Assembly (NCBI GenBank): GCA_032718475.1
Contig: JAUCBJ010003156.1
Span: forward strand, 1 to 64,000
DNA from: Nemertoderma westbladi
Taxonomy: Eukaryota; Animalia; Xenacoelomorpha
Reading direction: 5' to 3'
Length of the DNA stretch: 64,000 nt
Part shown: piece after piece, positions 51,901-64,000 of the stretch
Numbering within the stretch: the stretch's first letter is position 1
How the letters are laid out: each line of letters starts with the position of its first letter
The notes under the pieces: generated by a model
What the model was told of the DNA's origin: nothing
What the model saw: only the letters and a program-made list of their open reading frames with translations
The model's database searches: none
Made by a program: the position numbers and the translations under genes

Positions 51901-53991
51901 TACACTATCAACTTTATACACTATCAACTTTATAGACGATCAACTTTATAGACTATCAACTTTATACACTATCAACTTTATACACTATCAACTTTATACA
52001 CTATCAAATATATACACTATCAACTTTATAGACTATCAACTTTATACACTATCAACTTTATACACTATCAACTTTATAGACGATCTACTTTATAGACTAT
52101 CAACTTTATACACTATCAACTTTATACACTATCAACTTTATACACTATCAAATATATACACTATCAACTTTATAGACTATCAACTTTATACACTATCAAC
52201 TTTATACACTATCAACTTTATAGACTATCAACTTTATAGACGATCAACTTTATAGACTATCAAATTTATACACTATCAACTTTATACACTATCAACTTTA
52301 TACACTATCAAATTTATACACTATCAACTTTATAGACTATCAACTTTATACACTATCAAGTTTATACACTATCAACTTTATAGACTATCAACTTTATAGA
52401 CGATCAACTTTATAGACTATCAACTTTATACACTATCAACTTTATACACTATCAAATTTATACACTATCAACTTTATAGACTATCAACTTTATACACTAT
52501 CAACTTTATACACTATCAACTTTATAGACTATCAACTTTATACACTATCAACTTTATACACTATCAACTTTATACACTATCAACTTTATAGACTATCAAC
52601 TTTATAGACGATCAACTTTATAGACTATCAACTTTATACACTATCAACTTTATACACTATCAACTTTATACACTATCAACTTTATACACTATCAAATTTA
52701 TACACTATCAACTTTATACACTATCAACTTTATAGACTATCAACTTTATAGAAGATCAACTTTATAGACTATCAACTTTATACACTATCAACTTTATACA
52801 CTATCAAATTTATACACTATCAACTTTATAGACTATCAACTTTATACACTATCAACTTTATACACTATCAACTTTATAGACTATCAACTTTATACACTAT
52901 CAACTTTATACACTATCAACTTTATACACTATCAAATTTATACACTATCAACTTTATAGACTATCAACTTTATACACTATCAACTTTATACACTATCAAC
53001 TTTATAGACTATCAACTTTATACACTATCAAATTTATACACTATCAAATTTATACACTATCAACTTTATAGACTATCAACTTTATACACTATCAACTTTA
53101 TACACTATCAACTTTATAGACTATCAACTTTATACACTATCAACTTTATAGATTATCAACTTTATACACTATCAACTTTATAGACTATCAACTTTATAGA
53201 CTATCAACTTTATACACTATCAACTTTATACACTATCAACTTTATAGACTATCAACTTTATACACTATCAACTTTATAGATTATCAACTTTATACACTAT
53301 CAACTTTATAGACTATCAACTTTATACACTATCAACTTTATAGACTATCAACTTTATACACTATCAACTTTATAGACTATCAACTTTATACACTATCAAC
53401 TTTATAGACTATCAACTTTATACACTATCAACTTTATAGACTATCCACTTTATACACTATCAACTTTATACACTATCAACTTTATAGACTATCAACATTA
53501 TACACTATCAACTTTATAGACTATCCACTTTATACACTATCAACTTTATAGACTATCAACTTTATACACTATCAACTTTATAAACTATCAACTTTATAGA
53601 CTATCCACTTTATACACTATCAACTTTATAGACTATCAACTTTATACACTATCAACTTTATACACTATCAACTTTATAGACTATCAACTTTATACACTAT
53701 CAACTTTATAGACTATCCACTTTATACACTATCAACTTTATAGACTATCAACTTTATACACTATCAACTTTATACACTATCAACTTTATACACTATCAAC
53801 TTTATACACTATCAACTTTATACACTATCAAATTTATACACTATCAACTTTATAGACTATCAACTTTATACACTATCAACTTTATACACTATCAACTTTA
53901 TAGACTATCAACTTTATAGACGATCAACTTTATAGACTATCAACTTTTTACACTATCAACTTTATACACTATCAACTTTATACACTATCAA
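45956..53991. repeat. 16-bp minisatellite ACTATCAACTTTATA(G/C), about 500 copies
   Basis: Direct periodicity, with two main variants (TAGAC and TACAC). Confidence 0.98.
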
Positions 53992-54732
53992 ATAAGCCCA
54001 ACAACAAACCAATAAAGGCTTACGGGAGAATTACCAACACACTCCCGTAATGTAATAATCCTATGTGCTACTAAATAGCACTTCAATAGTTTTTTAATCC
54101 ATTTCTGAGTTGTACATTTTAGAAATTAGGAAATTTAGAAAAACTATTTGCATTTGCATTTATTATAAAACTATTTTCTAAACTATTTCCATTTCCATTT
54201 ATTATAAAACTACTTTATAAACTGTTTGCATATTTTACTGTGGATCCCAAACACCTCCAATTTGATTAGATGACCCATGGGATACTAAATATTATCGAAT
54301 AAATATCAATTTAGTATTCCATGGATCCATATACGAACTTATTAAACAAGGGGGGGGGGGGGGGGGGGGGGGGCAAAGAAGTCAAGCCAACACCATAGTA
54401 TATTGTTCCAAAATACAACACCATATTTTTTTCAATTTTTTTAAATATTTTGCGAATTTTGTTCCAAGTTTTTATTTTGGATATTTTTGATCTTCTATTT
54501 ACCAGTTTTAGCGGCACAGTAGGCTGCAATTTTCTTGGAGTGTTTAAACAATCATTTTATTTGTAATAATTGGAAAATATTATATTTTAATCATTGTAAT
54601 TAAATATCAGTTTTGACCAGACCCAATCATCATAGCTCACCATCTGTGGAGCGGCAGAAAGACTGACATTGACCGGGCAAGACAATAAGCAGAGTAGTAG
54701 TACAACATACAGTATATATATATTAAGAGATG

Positions 54733-54784
54733 TGGGGGGGGGGGGGGGGGTGGGGGAGTGAGATACCCCCCCCCCCCCCCTCCC
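54733..54784. other. Poly-G / poly-C inverted tract with hairpin or G4 potential; another G run at 54350-54373
   Basis: G run, then AGTGAGATA, then C run, read directly from the sequence. Confidence 0.6.
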
Positions 54785-54868
54785 AGTTTTTTTAATATGT
54801 AAACAAAAGTGTGAAAAAATATTTTCAAAAATTGACTTGAAAAAATTATAACTCGACTATATAACTCG

Positions 54869-55641
54869 ACCCTACTATTATAGTGTACCGCCCTACTACT
54901 GTAGTGTACCGCCCTACTACTGTAGTGTACCGCCCTACTATTATAGTGTACCGCCCTACTACTGTAGTGTACCGCCCTACTACTGTAGTGTACCGCCCTA
55001 CTACTGTACCGAGATACAGTAGTTGGGAATAGGCCTACTGTAGTGTACCTCCCTACTATTATAGTGTACCGCCCTACTACTGTAGTGTACCGCCCTACTA
55101 CTGTAGTGTACCGCCCTACTACTGTAGTGTACCGCCCTACTACTGTAGTGTACCGCCCTACTACTGAAGTGTACCGCCCTACAACTGTACCGAGATACAG
55201 TAGTTGGGAATAGGCCTACTGTAGTGTACCGCCCTACTACTGTAGTGTACCGCCCTACTACTGTAGTGTACCGCCCTACAACTGTACCGAGATACAGTAG
55301 TTTGAATAGGCCTACTGTAGTGTACCGCCCTACAACTGTACCGATATACATACAGTAGTTGGGAATAGGCCTACTGTAGTGTACCGCCCTACTATTATAG
55401 TGTACCGCCCTACTACTGTAGTGTACCGCCCTACTACTGAAGTGTACCGCCCTACAACTGTACCGAGATACAGTAGTTTGAATAGGCCTACTGTAGTGTA
55501 CCGCCCTTCAACTGTACCGAGATACAGTAGTTTGAATAGGCCTACTGTAGTGTACCGCCCTTCAACTGTACCGAGATACAGTAGTTGGGAATATGCCTAC
55601 TGTAGTGTACCGCCCTACAACTGTACCGAGATACAGTAGTT
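54869..55641. repeat. Composite minisatellite: 21-bp CTACTACTGTAGTGTACCGCC interleaved with a longer ACTGTACCGAGATACAGTAGTTGGGAATAGGC unit
   Basis: Direct periodicity; it explains the TTVVYRP repeat ORFs. Confidence 0.95.
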
Positions 55642-55643
55642 AC

Positions 55644-55698
55644 CTTCAAAGTTTAAATCTTTCCACGCAAAACTGTCTTTGTGGTCTGGTTGTTTAAT
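55644..55698 (-). CDS. Possible 55-nt internal exon (IKQPDHKDSFAWKDLNFE)
   Basis: Acceptor TTCATGTCAG, donor AAG|GTAACT and an open frame. No homology recognised. Confidence 0.3.
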
Positions 55699-56689
55699 CT
55701 GACATGAACGAAGCACACCATAGGCCTAGAGCTAAAATTGTCATTATAAGGGTTGTGATTGCACCATGCACATGTCCGAGGACGAAATAATAGTTACAAG
55801 TACGAAATATCCGATGTAAATTTGTATAAAATAACAAATAACAGTTCAATAAAGATAGATAGCACTATAATATAATGTTTGGAACAATTTTAGTCAATTG
55901 GTTAATTTTCGTAAATTTTGGAACAAAGTTAGGAATTATTTATATGTTTCATATCAATGTAATATACAAGTATTTATTTACTGGCGTTACTATAATGGTG
56001 ACTGTAACAAATTATACAAAATCCTTTGCAAGTCTTGCAAACGTAAAGAATGCCTCTTTGGATTTAAACAAACCAACAAATACAATTCTAATATAACAAT
56101 AAAAATTTAATATAACAATTTTAATGTTTCAGATAAAATAGTATTTTTGATAAAAACCCTTCCAACTCGAGTAAAACTCAATGTACTCAGAAATAATAGT
56201 TGGAAAAATCGCTGACAATAAGCTTTTCTATATATTTACGCATCGGAGGATTCATGATGCACTGATGTAAAAATATATAGACAATAGACAGACCTGTACA
56301 ATATAACTCTGCCCCAGTGAGTATATTGTCGGTTAGATGAATCAACAGTCACAAATATATGGTAATAAAGAGTTCGAATAAAACTATATTGCCGCTTTTA
56401 TTCTGTGATCATTAAATACTAAATACGACTACAGGCAATACTACAGTACACAATACAGTTCACAATGTAAATTTAGAATCAAATTAGGTGCCAAGTTTCG
56501 AAAATATTTGAAATAATGTGAATATAATCATATAAGTCAACAGTCAGATATATAATAATAAAACCGCCTGGATTTTCTGGATACAACATACAGTACTACA
56601 ATACAGTATACAGTAGGCCTATACTAGCTAGCCATTTGGAGCAATACTTCCAATAATGTAATAAAACCACTACGGGTAAGAGTAAATAA

Positions 56690-57065
56690 AATTTTGAGAG
56701 CAATTACATAGCCAAGCTACCGACAAGCATCCTCCAAACCGTTGTATAAGACTTTAAACAATTCACCCTATCGAGAGTTTATATTAATTAGAAGTATCAA
56801 AAATCATGCACGATGTCTATCACAACAACCGAATATTTAATCAAGAGGCATTTAAATCATCACTTATTAGGGCTGACACCATTCACTCTCATAACACAAG
56901 ACGTGCTGCCGCTGGTGCTTTTTTATCACCTCAAAACGTATCATAGTAAGCCAAAGGTCACTAGAATACCAAAGAACTTTACTTTGGGACTCCATACCGA
57001 CTAACTTAAAAAATGTCAAACATAAAGGTATTATCGTTAAAAATTAAAATCCTTTTTACTTAATT
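56690..57065 (+). pseudogene. Old LINE (L2/Crack-like) ORF2 C-terminal remnant
   Basis: Frameshifted translation IHSHNTRR ... SQRSLEYQRTLLWDSIPTNLK ... KLKSFLL fits the H.xNTR / LWNxLP / KLK pattern. Confidence 0.6.
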
Positions 57066-58292
57066 CGATCTAAGCTCACCTGTTGTTTCACCTAATAAAA
57101 TTGTATATTTGACATTTTGTTCTTGCATGGTTAATATACTACTAGGATCGACATTGCAGCTGTCAAGGCTTTTACGGGAGGCTGACCTACATTCGCCGTT
57201 ACGAGTCTGTCTGTAACTGTGGTATCAAGTGCCTTGGGTACCTGCCGCACAGCAGGAACACTCACGAAAGTATGTGTATATATATATATATTATCTAATA
57301 TAGAAATTACATTAAATTATATTTTCTCAAAAAATATATATAAACCACTCAGTCACTTAAAAATCGCTACTATTTTCTGAAAATTTTCGGGTTTAACGCA
57401 ACTCAGTATTGTTCTCAAAAGGTTTTCCTCAATTTTAAAATAATTATGGAAAAATATTATTATTTAATAAAATATTATTTATTATCTAATATATATATCT
57501 GAACTGAATGTACAACCAATTACTGTAAGTATAAAGCTTTGGCACTTATAAACTGCTTCAAGGGAGTAAAATGACAGTTACGTGTAAACCGTTCCGTTAT
57601 ATTGTGTTGTTGGCGAGTAAATGTACGTGTGACTTACATATATTACAGGTAGGACACTATGTTTTACTTAGTGCGTGGTAAGCGCACAGTTCACTCGTGC
57701 TGCATACATAGTGTCAATGGATGTCAGTTGCCAGTTGGGGAATAATATTGCAGTACTATGGACGCACACACTCGCACTAAAATTAACCGAATCTATTACA
57801 GACAGGGCGCAGTCAGCACTAACTGTGTGGAAATCGAGTTGGTTTGATCTCTGGTCTTGTATATTCATCAACAATAGTAAAGCAATAATAGTAAACTGTT
57901 ATAATGCAATAATATTAATGCAAGTTAATAATGTAATACAGCAAGATGTTAAAATGCATGCAGCAAGGTGAAATATCACGAGTCCTGCAAGTTACATGAC
58001 TCGTAACAGGCTTAATATGATGTTAGGTTATACCTGGAAATACTGGGATGAACATCGACTATATAAGCAAGCAATACTGCAAAAATACAACAGCCAATAG
58101 GGCATAAGAATACCTTTACCGGTAGTTACCAATGAGAGTTCAGCACTACCATAACTGCTGCTAGGCAACATATAAACAAGGTTCACGGTGGTATACACTA
58201 TGAGTTAGGCATAAATATCATACGCACAGAAATTGAATGATTCTCTGATAAAAATATAAGATTTCGATATACAGTTAGCGTGTGCAGCAAAA

Positions 58293-59750
58293 GCAGCTGC
58301 ATTTTTAAGAATGCTGTGCCGGCTTGTCGACAAAATTGTGCCGCCACAACTCCCTATCACCCATGACATTTGCTAGATCATCCGCATCTTCAAGGCCGGT
58401 GACCTTTAAGATGCGTCTCAAGAAAATCATGGGCTGTCCACCATGCTTATTCACCCCATGAGGCTGCCAAAGCACAAGATTATGCACTGGCTTGTCCTCA
58501 CGGCGAAAGCAATGTCATGCAAAGCGGAGGCAGCTTTGTTCTAGTGATAATCTCGTGAGAACCAATGAGACACCTCCAATGTTACATAGTGTCTGGTTGG
58601 AGATGTGTGCATTGTACTTGACACAGTGAACCCGGCGTAGAGGAGTACTGAAACTACTGCTGCTCTAAATAATCGGACCTTAAGTTTCCGATTAATTCTC
58701 TGAGACTTCCAAATCCTGGAAAGCCTATTCAAGGCTGCCCTTGCCTTTCCCTTACGTATTCGAAGGTCCTCACCTGACTTCCGGATCCATAATACCAGGT
58801 AACAGAAGTCGTCCACATGCTCAAGCATACCATCCTTTGAGCTTATGCTCATCCGGTCAGAGACTTGCTGAGGACTTTCAAAGTTAACTGTCAAAATTTT
58901 GATCTTTTTTGAGATAATAAAAAGACCAACACTAGAAGCAGCCTGTTCTAATGAGCTGAGGAGCCGTTGGGCTCCCTCTTGTGATTCTGAGAGTACTCCT
59001 AAGTCATCAGCAAAGTCTAGATCAGTTAGGTACTTGGCAGGATTTCCTCGACTTCTGGAGCCAGTAGGTGGTGTTACCATCACCCCATCATCATTATGAT
59101 GATCTAAGGACATGCGTAGAACATAGTCAACCACAATTATGAACAAGAATGGCGCAAGGATGTCTCCTTGGAGGACTCCCCATAATACTTCAAATGGTTC
59201 TGTGTCACCATCAACAGTAGACACAAATGTTGTCGAACCATCGTACACTGATCTGATTGCTGCGATAATCTTTCTTTTTTGATAGCTCTTCAACTATCCT
59301 TCTAAGTGCCAAAATGGGCTCCATGGTCCCACGACCTTTACGGAACCCATTCTGTTTTCCACGGAGCAGTCTCTCAATGGGATCCCTGATGCGATTTAAT
59401 AGAATTCTATTGTATAGCTTTGCAGCAATCGAGATCAATGAGATTCCTCGAAAATAATCATAGAGTGTTAGGTTACCCTTCTTGGGAACTGGCACCAACT
59501 TATTTGTTTTTATTTCTTGTGGGACTCTTGTTGTTCTGTACATGTCTACTATGATGGGATAGATGAGCTTTAAACACTCAGGTATTCTAAAGACCTCAAG
59601 GGGAACACCATCTACTCCACTGCACGATTGGCCTTAATGCTCTTTGCAGCAGCCTTCACTTCTGCAAAGGAGATATCGCCAATGGGAATATCTGGGAGTA
59701 CAGACTCAGACACTTTTACTTCTATAAAGTTATCAGGCAATACATTGTCA
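58293..59750 (-). mobile_element. Decayed RTE-like LINE
   Basis: VPVPKKGNL, RGISLISIAAKLYNRILLNRI, QNGFRKGRGT, GVLQGDILAPFLF, LDFADDL and VMGDRELW, with internal deletions and frameshifts. Confidence 0.92.
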
Positions 59751-60192
59751 TGGTGTGTCGTGTTGTTGTCATTTGGTTAATATAAATGTGGTTAATATAT
59801 AGGCTACTTAATTTTTCGACCGCACGAGATCAACTTTATCCAAGTCATTATTTTGTAGAATCTCCTTGAAGGAAGCGATTTCAAATGGAAGCCTCTTCTC
59901 CGAGTCATCCTTTAATACAGGCCAATTATATTTAATTCTTCTAAGTTATTTACAATTACTGTTACCTTTAAGTAAAAGCATCCCTACATTACCACGGTTG
60001 GCCAATGCTTGGCCACGCAGTGGTTCGACCGGAGAAACTGGCGACTTCTCTCTTAGCCATTATGATCCCTTGTTTGTTCGGAGAGCCATGCTTTGTTTTT
60101 AAGCACATTCAATGCTACACTGTTCTAGCTTGTACGGAAACTTTCTGTTTGAAATGTATAAATTTGTTGTCGGATGCTTGAATGCGGTGCCC

Positions 60193-60320
60193 TTAACCCT
60201 ATTTGACCCGAGGGGGGGGGGGGGGTAATTTTAGAAATTTTTTGTAAATCATCTGTATCTTTGAGTCAGGTTTGTTGGGAAAACCGAGATTTAGTGACTT
60301 TTTCTAAAATTTCTTGAGCT
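60193..60320 (+). mobile_element. Possible terminus of a TTAA-targeting (piggyBac-like) non-autonomous element
   Basis: TTAA|CCCTATTTGACCCGA(G)n resembles TTAA-CCCT termini. No partner TIR was found in the window. Confidence 0.3.
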
Positions 60321-61532
60321 ATCCAACAGAGCAAATGCCATCCATTTACATGGCTATGTTAGTGTTCGTGCTGTGGTCCCTTTGTGACACCCATACCAAT
60401 CGCCAGTATTTTTACTAAAATTCATTTATTTGCGGTAGATAGATGTTTTTTTTGGATGCTCATCACGATTATAGAACACAAATATTAAATTCGAGAAAAT
60501 TTTGGGTAATTTTGAATGTGCCCTCTGAGTCGCGAAAAAGTACCTTGTTGATTAGGGCATTTTTGGATACGTGTCAATACGCGGCACGGAAAATACAAGT
60601 AGCACAAATTTGATAATCAAACATCATTACCAAATCATCCTGATTTTAAGACCTGGGTTTTCTCGGACAATATTAATATACTAATAAATCACTAATAAAT
60701 ACTAAATCGGACAATACTAATATCAATATGACACTCAAAAATATCGTATGTCCATCCAAATTCAATTTTTGCCGTTTGAAATTGTTAATGCTACTTAATG
60801 AAAAAATAAATGAAACACTCTTTACTACTCAAATAGTGACTGAACTCGTTGATTATTTAAGACTTTAACTGGATCGGCCCCGTAGAACGGCTGAGATGCT
60901 CTCCGATTGTGGGTGGCGGACAGGCGATCGTTCTGGATATGCCTTAACACTATTTTAAACTTTAAATGTAAATATTTGTATTATTTGTACGGCTCGATAT
61001 ATAGTGGGTTTTGTTTTGCTCCGCTTTTGAGTGTTTTTTAAGGTGACGATATCTAATCTCAATGTTTACCGAGTACAGGTGGAGGTAAAAGAACCCAACT
61101 CCCAAGGTTTAACTCTTTATGTAATAAATATAGTAAATCATAATACCGTAAGTATAATAAATATGCTATTGCAAGAATATAAGTAGCGATACTTGGAACA
61201 TTTTGATGAAGTGGTTCACTATTATTATTTCATATAACCTCCGGAATACGGAATAGTATTATGTTCATTTGAAACGGATTGTTATGACTTGAGGAGGCAC
61301 TACAGCAGTGTCGGCCATATTTCGTCTGGTTTCGCAATCTGGAACGATGGACCAATCAAACCGCGTATATTCCCGTGTGGAACGTTTGTTGGCGTTCTGA
61401 GCTGTCAAAGTTTTCAAACTCAGAGATTTTGATTCACTAACTTCCCTGATAAAGAATCAAGTAAAATGATATATGTGATTAAAAAAAAGAGTAATTAAAG
61501 TATATTAGTATATAACAGTGGGCTTACAGTCT

Positions 61533-63990
61533 TCCCGTGTGACACGGTTCTTCCGTGTGACACGGTTCTTCCGTGTGACACGGTTCTTCCGTGTGCACGG
61601 TTCTTCCGTGTGACAAGGTTCTTCAGTGTGCACGGTTCTTCCGTGTGACACGGTTCTTCCGTGTGACACGGTTCTTCCGTGTGCACGGTATTCCGTGTGC
61701 ACGGTTCTTCCGTGTGACAAGGTTCTTCCGTGTGCACGGTTCTTCCGTGTGCACGGTTCTTCCGTGTGACAAGGGTCTTCGGTGTGCACGGTTCTTCCGT
61801 GAGACTCGGTTCTTCCGTGTGACACGGTTCTTCCATGTGACACGGTTCGTCCGTGTGACACGGTTCTTCCGTGTGACACGGTTATTCCGTGTGACACGGT
61901 TCTTCCGTGTGACACGGTTCTTCCGTGTGCACGGTTCTTCCGTGTGACAAGGTTCTTCCGTGTGCACGGTTCTTCCGTGTGACAAGGTTCTTCCGTGTGC
62001 ACGGTTCTTCCGTGTGACACGGTTCTTCCGTGTGACACGGTTCTTCCGTGTGACACGGTTCTTCCGTGTGACACGGTTCTTCCGTGTGACACGGTTCTTC
62101 TGTGTGACACGGTTCTTCCGTGTGACACGGTTCTTCCGTGTGACACGGTTCTTCCGTGTGCCACGGTTCTTCCGTGTGCACGGTTCTTCCGTGTGACACG
62201 GTTCTTCCGTGTGCACGGTTCTTCCGTGTGACAAGGTTCTTCCGTGTGCACGGTTCTTCCGTGTGACACGGTTCTTCGTGTGCACGGTTCTTCTGTGTGT
62301 ACGGTTCTTCCGTATGCACGGTTCTTCTGTGTGACAAGGTTCTTCCGTGTGACAAGGTTCTCCCGTGTGCTCGGTTCTTCCGTGTGACACGGTTCTTCCG
62401 TGTGACAAGGTGCTTCCGTGTGCACGGTTCTTCCGTGTGACAAGGTTCTTCCGTGTAACACGGTTCTTCCATGTGACACGGTTCTTCCGTGTGACACGGT
62501 TCTTCCATGTGACACGGTTCTTCCGTGTGACACGGTTCTTCCGTGTGCACGGTTCTTCCGTGTGACAAGGTTCTTCCGTGTGCACGGTTCTTCCGTGTGA
62601 CAAGGTTCTTCCGTGTGCACGGTTCTTCCGTGTGACACGGTTCTTTCGTGTGCACGGTTCTTCCGTGTGACACGGTTCTTCCGTGTGACACGGTTCTTCC
62701 GTGTGACACGGTTCTTCCGTGTGACACGGTTCTTCCGTATGACACGGTTCTTCCGTGTGACAATGTTCTTCCGTGTGACATGGTTCTTCCATGTGCTCGG
62801 TTCTTCCGTGTGACACGGTTCTTCCGTGTGACAAGGTTCTTCCGTGTGTTCGGTTCTTCCGTGTGACACGGTTCTTCCGTGTGCACGGTTCTTCGGTGTG
62901 ACAAGGTTTTTCCGTGTGACAAGGTTCTCCCGTATGCTCGGTTCTTCCGTGTGACACGGTTCTTCCGTGTGAAGGTTCTTCCGTGTGCTCGGTTCTTCCG
63001 TGTGACACGGTGCTTCCGTGTGCACGGTTCTTCCGTGTGACAAGGTTCTTCCATGTGACACGGTTCTTCCATGTGACACGGTTCTTCCGTGTGACACGGT
63101 TCTTCCGTGTGCACGGTTCTTCCGTGTGACAAGGTTCTTCCGTGTGCACGGTACTTCCGTGTGACAAGGCTCTTCCGTGTGTACGGTTCTTCCGTGTGAC
63201 ACGGTTCTTCCGTGTGACACGGTTCTTTCGTGTGCACGGTTCTTCCGTGTGACACGGTTCTTCCGTGTGACACGGTTCTTCCGTGTGACACGGTTCTTCC
63301 GTATGACACGGTTCTTCCGTGTGACAATGTTCTTCCGTGTGACAAGGTTCTTCCATGTGCTCGGTTCTTCCGTGTGACACGGTTCTTCCGTGTGACAAGG
63401 TTCTTCCGTGTGACACGGTTCTTCCGTGTGACACGGTTCTTCCGTGTGATACGGTTCTTCCGTGTGACACGGTTCTTCCGTATGACACGGTTCTTCCGTG
63501 TGACAATGTTCTTCCGTGTGACAAGGTTCTTCCATGTGCTCGGTTCTTCCGTGTGACACGGTTCTTCCGTGTGACAAGGTTCTTCCGTGTGTTCGGTTCT
63601 TCCGTGTGACACGGTTCTTCCGTGTGACAAGGTTCTTCCGTGTGCACGGTTCTTCCGTGTGACAAGGTTCTTCCGTGTGACACGGTTCTTCCGTGTGACA
63701 CGGTTCTTCCGTGTGACACGGTTCTTCCGTGTGACACGGTTCTTCCGTGTGACACGGTTCTTCCGTGTGACACGGTTCTTCCGTGTGACACGGTTCTTCC
63801 GTGTGACAAGGTTCTTCCGTGTGCACGGTTCTTCCGTGTGACAAGGTTCTTCCGTGCGCTCGGTTCTTCCGTGTGACACGTTTCTTCCGTGTGACACGTT
63901 TCTTCCGTGTGACACGTTTCTTCCGTGTGACACGGTTCTTCCGTGTGACACGGTTCTTCCGTGTTACACGGTTCCTCCGTATGACACGGA
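61533..63990. repeat. 17/18-bp minisatellite CACGGTTCTTCCGTGTG(A)
   Basis: Direct periodicity. Mixing of 17-mers and 18-mers shifts frames, giving the HTEEPC, SHGRTV and TRKNRV repeat ORFs. Confidence 0.97.
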
Positions 63991-64000
63991 TCATTAACAT

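Noticed and set aside
57668-57971. Overlapping 68-aa and 98-aa ORFs in a GC-richer patch
   Set aside because: No recognisable domain and no convincing pair of splice sites. It may be an exon remnant, but I cannot support that.
59780-60192. Possible spliced coding fragment or Kolobok-like end (GTGCCC|TTAA)
   Set aside because: Only short open frames, no partner TIR and no transposase motif.
61495-64000. ORFs of 689-831 aa on the minus strand
   Set aside because: The monomer has no stop in any minus frame, so all three frames are open. Mixed 17/18-bp units scramble the peptide repeats. This is a repeat artefact.

Overview
AT-rich eukaryotic, most likely invertebrate animal, genomic DNA. About 60-65% of the window is tandem repeat: seven unrelated minisatellite/satellite arrays with monomers of 20, 27, 79, 47, 16, 21 and 17/18 bp, plus small 68- and 40-bp arrays. 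Between the arrays are 5'-truncated or decayed LINEs (a young L2, a CR1-like piece, two RTE-like copies, two small remnants), a tRNA-headed SINE and several non-autonomous TIR elements. There are two gene-like loci. One is an intronless Gfo/Idh/MocA oxidoreductase with a single frameshift (44707-45874). The other is a spliced, signal-peptide-bearing gene, mostly missed by the ORF track (24641-23718), with a defective splice acceptor. Almost all long ORFs in the track are translations of repeats. The most unusual signals are (i) TA-[2-4 nt]-TA words that look like DNA-transposon excision footprints and make up parts of satellite monomers, (ii) a short stem-loop in nearly every satellite monomer, and (iii) CTCF-like cores in two unrelated satellites. 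No CRISPR array, rRNA or functional tRNA was found. All family assignments come from motif recognition by eye; no searches were run.
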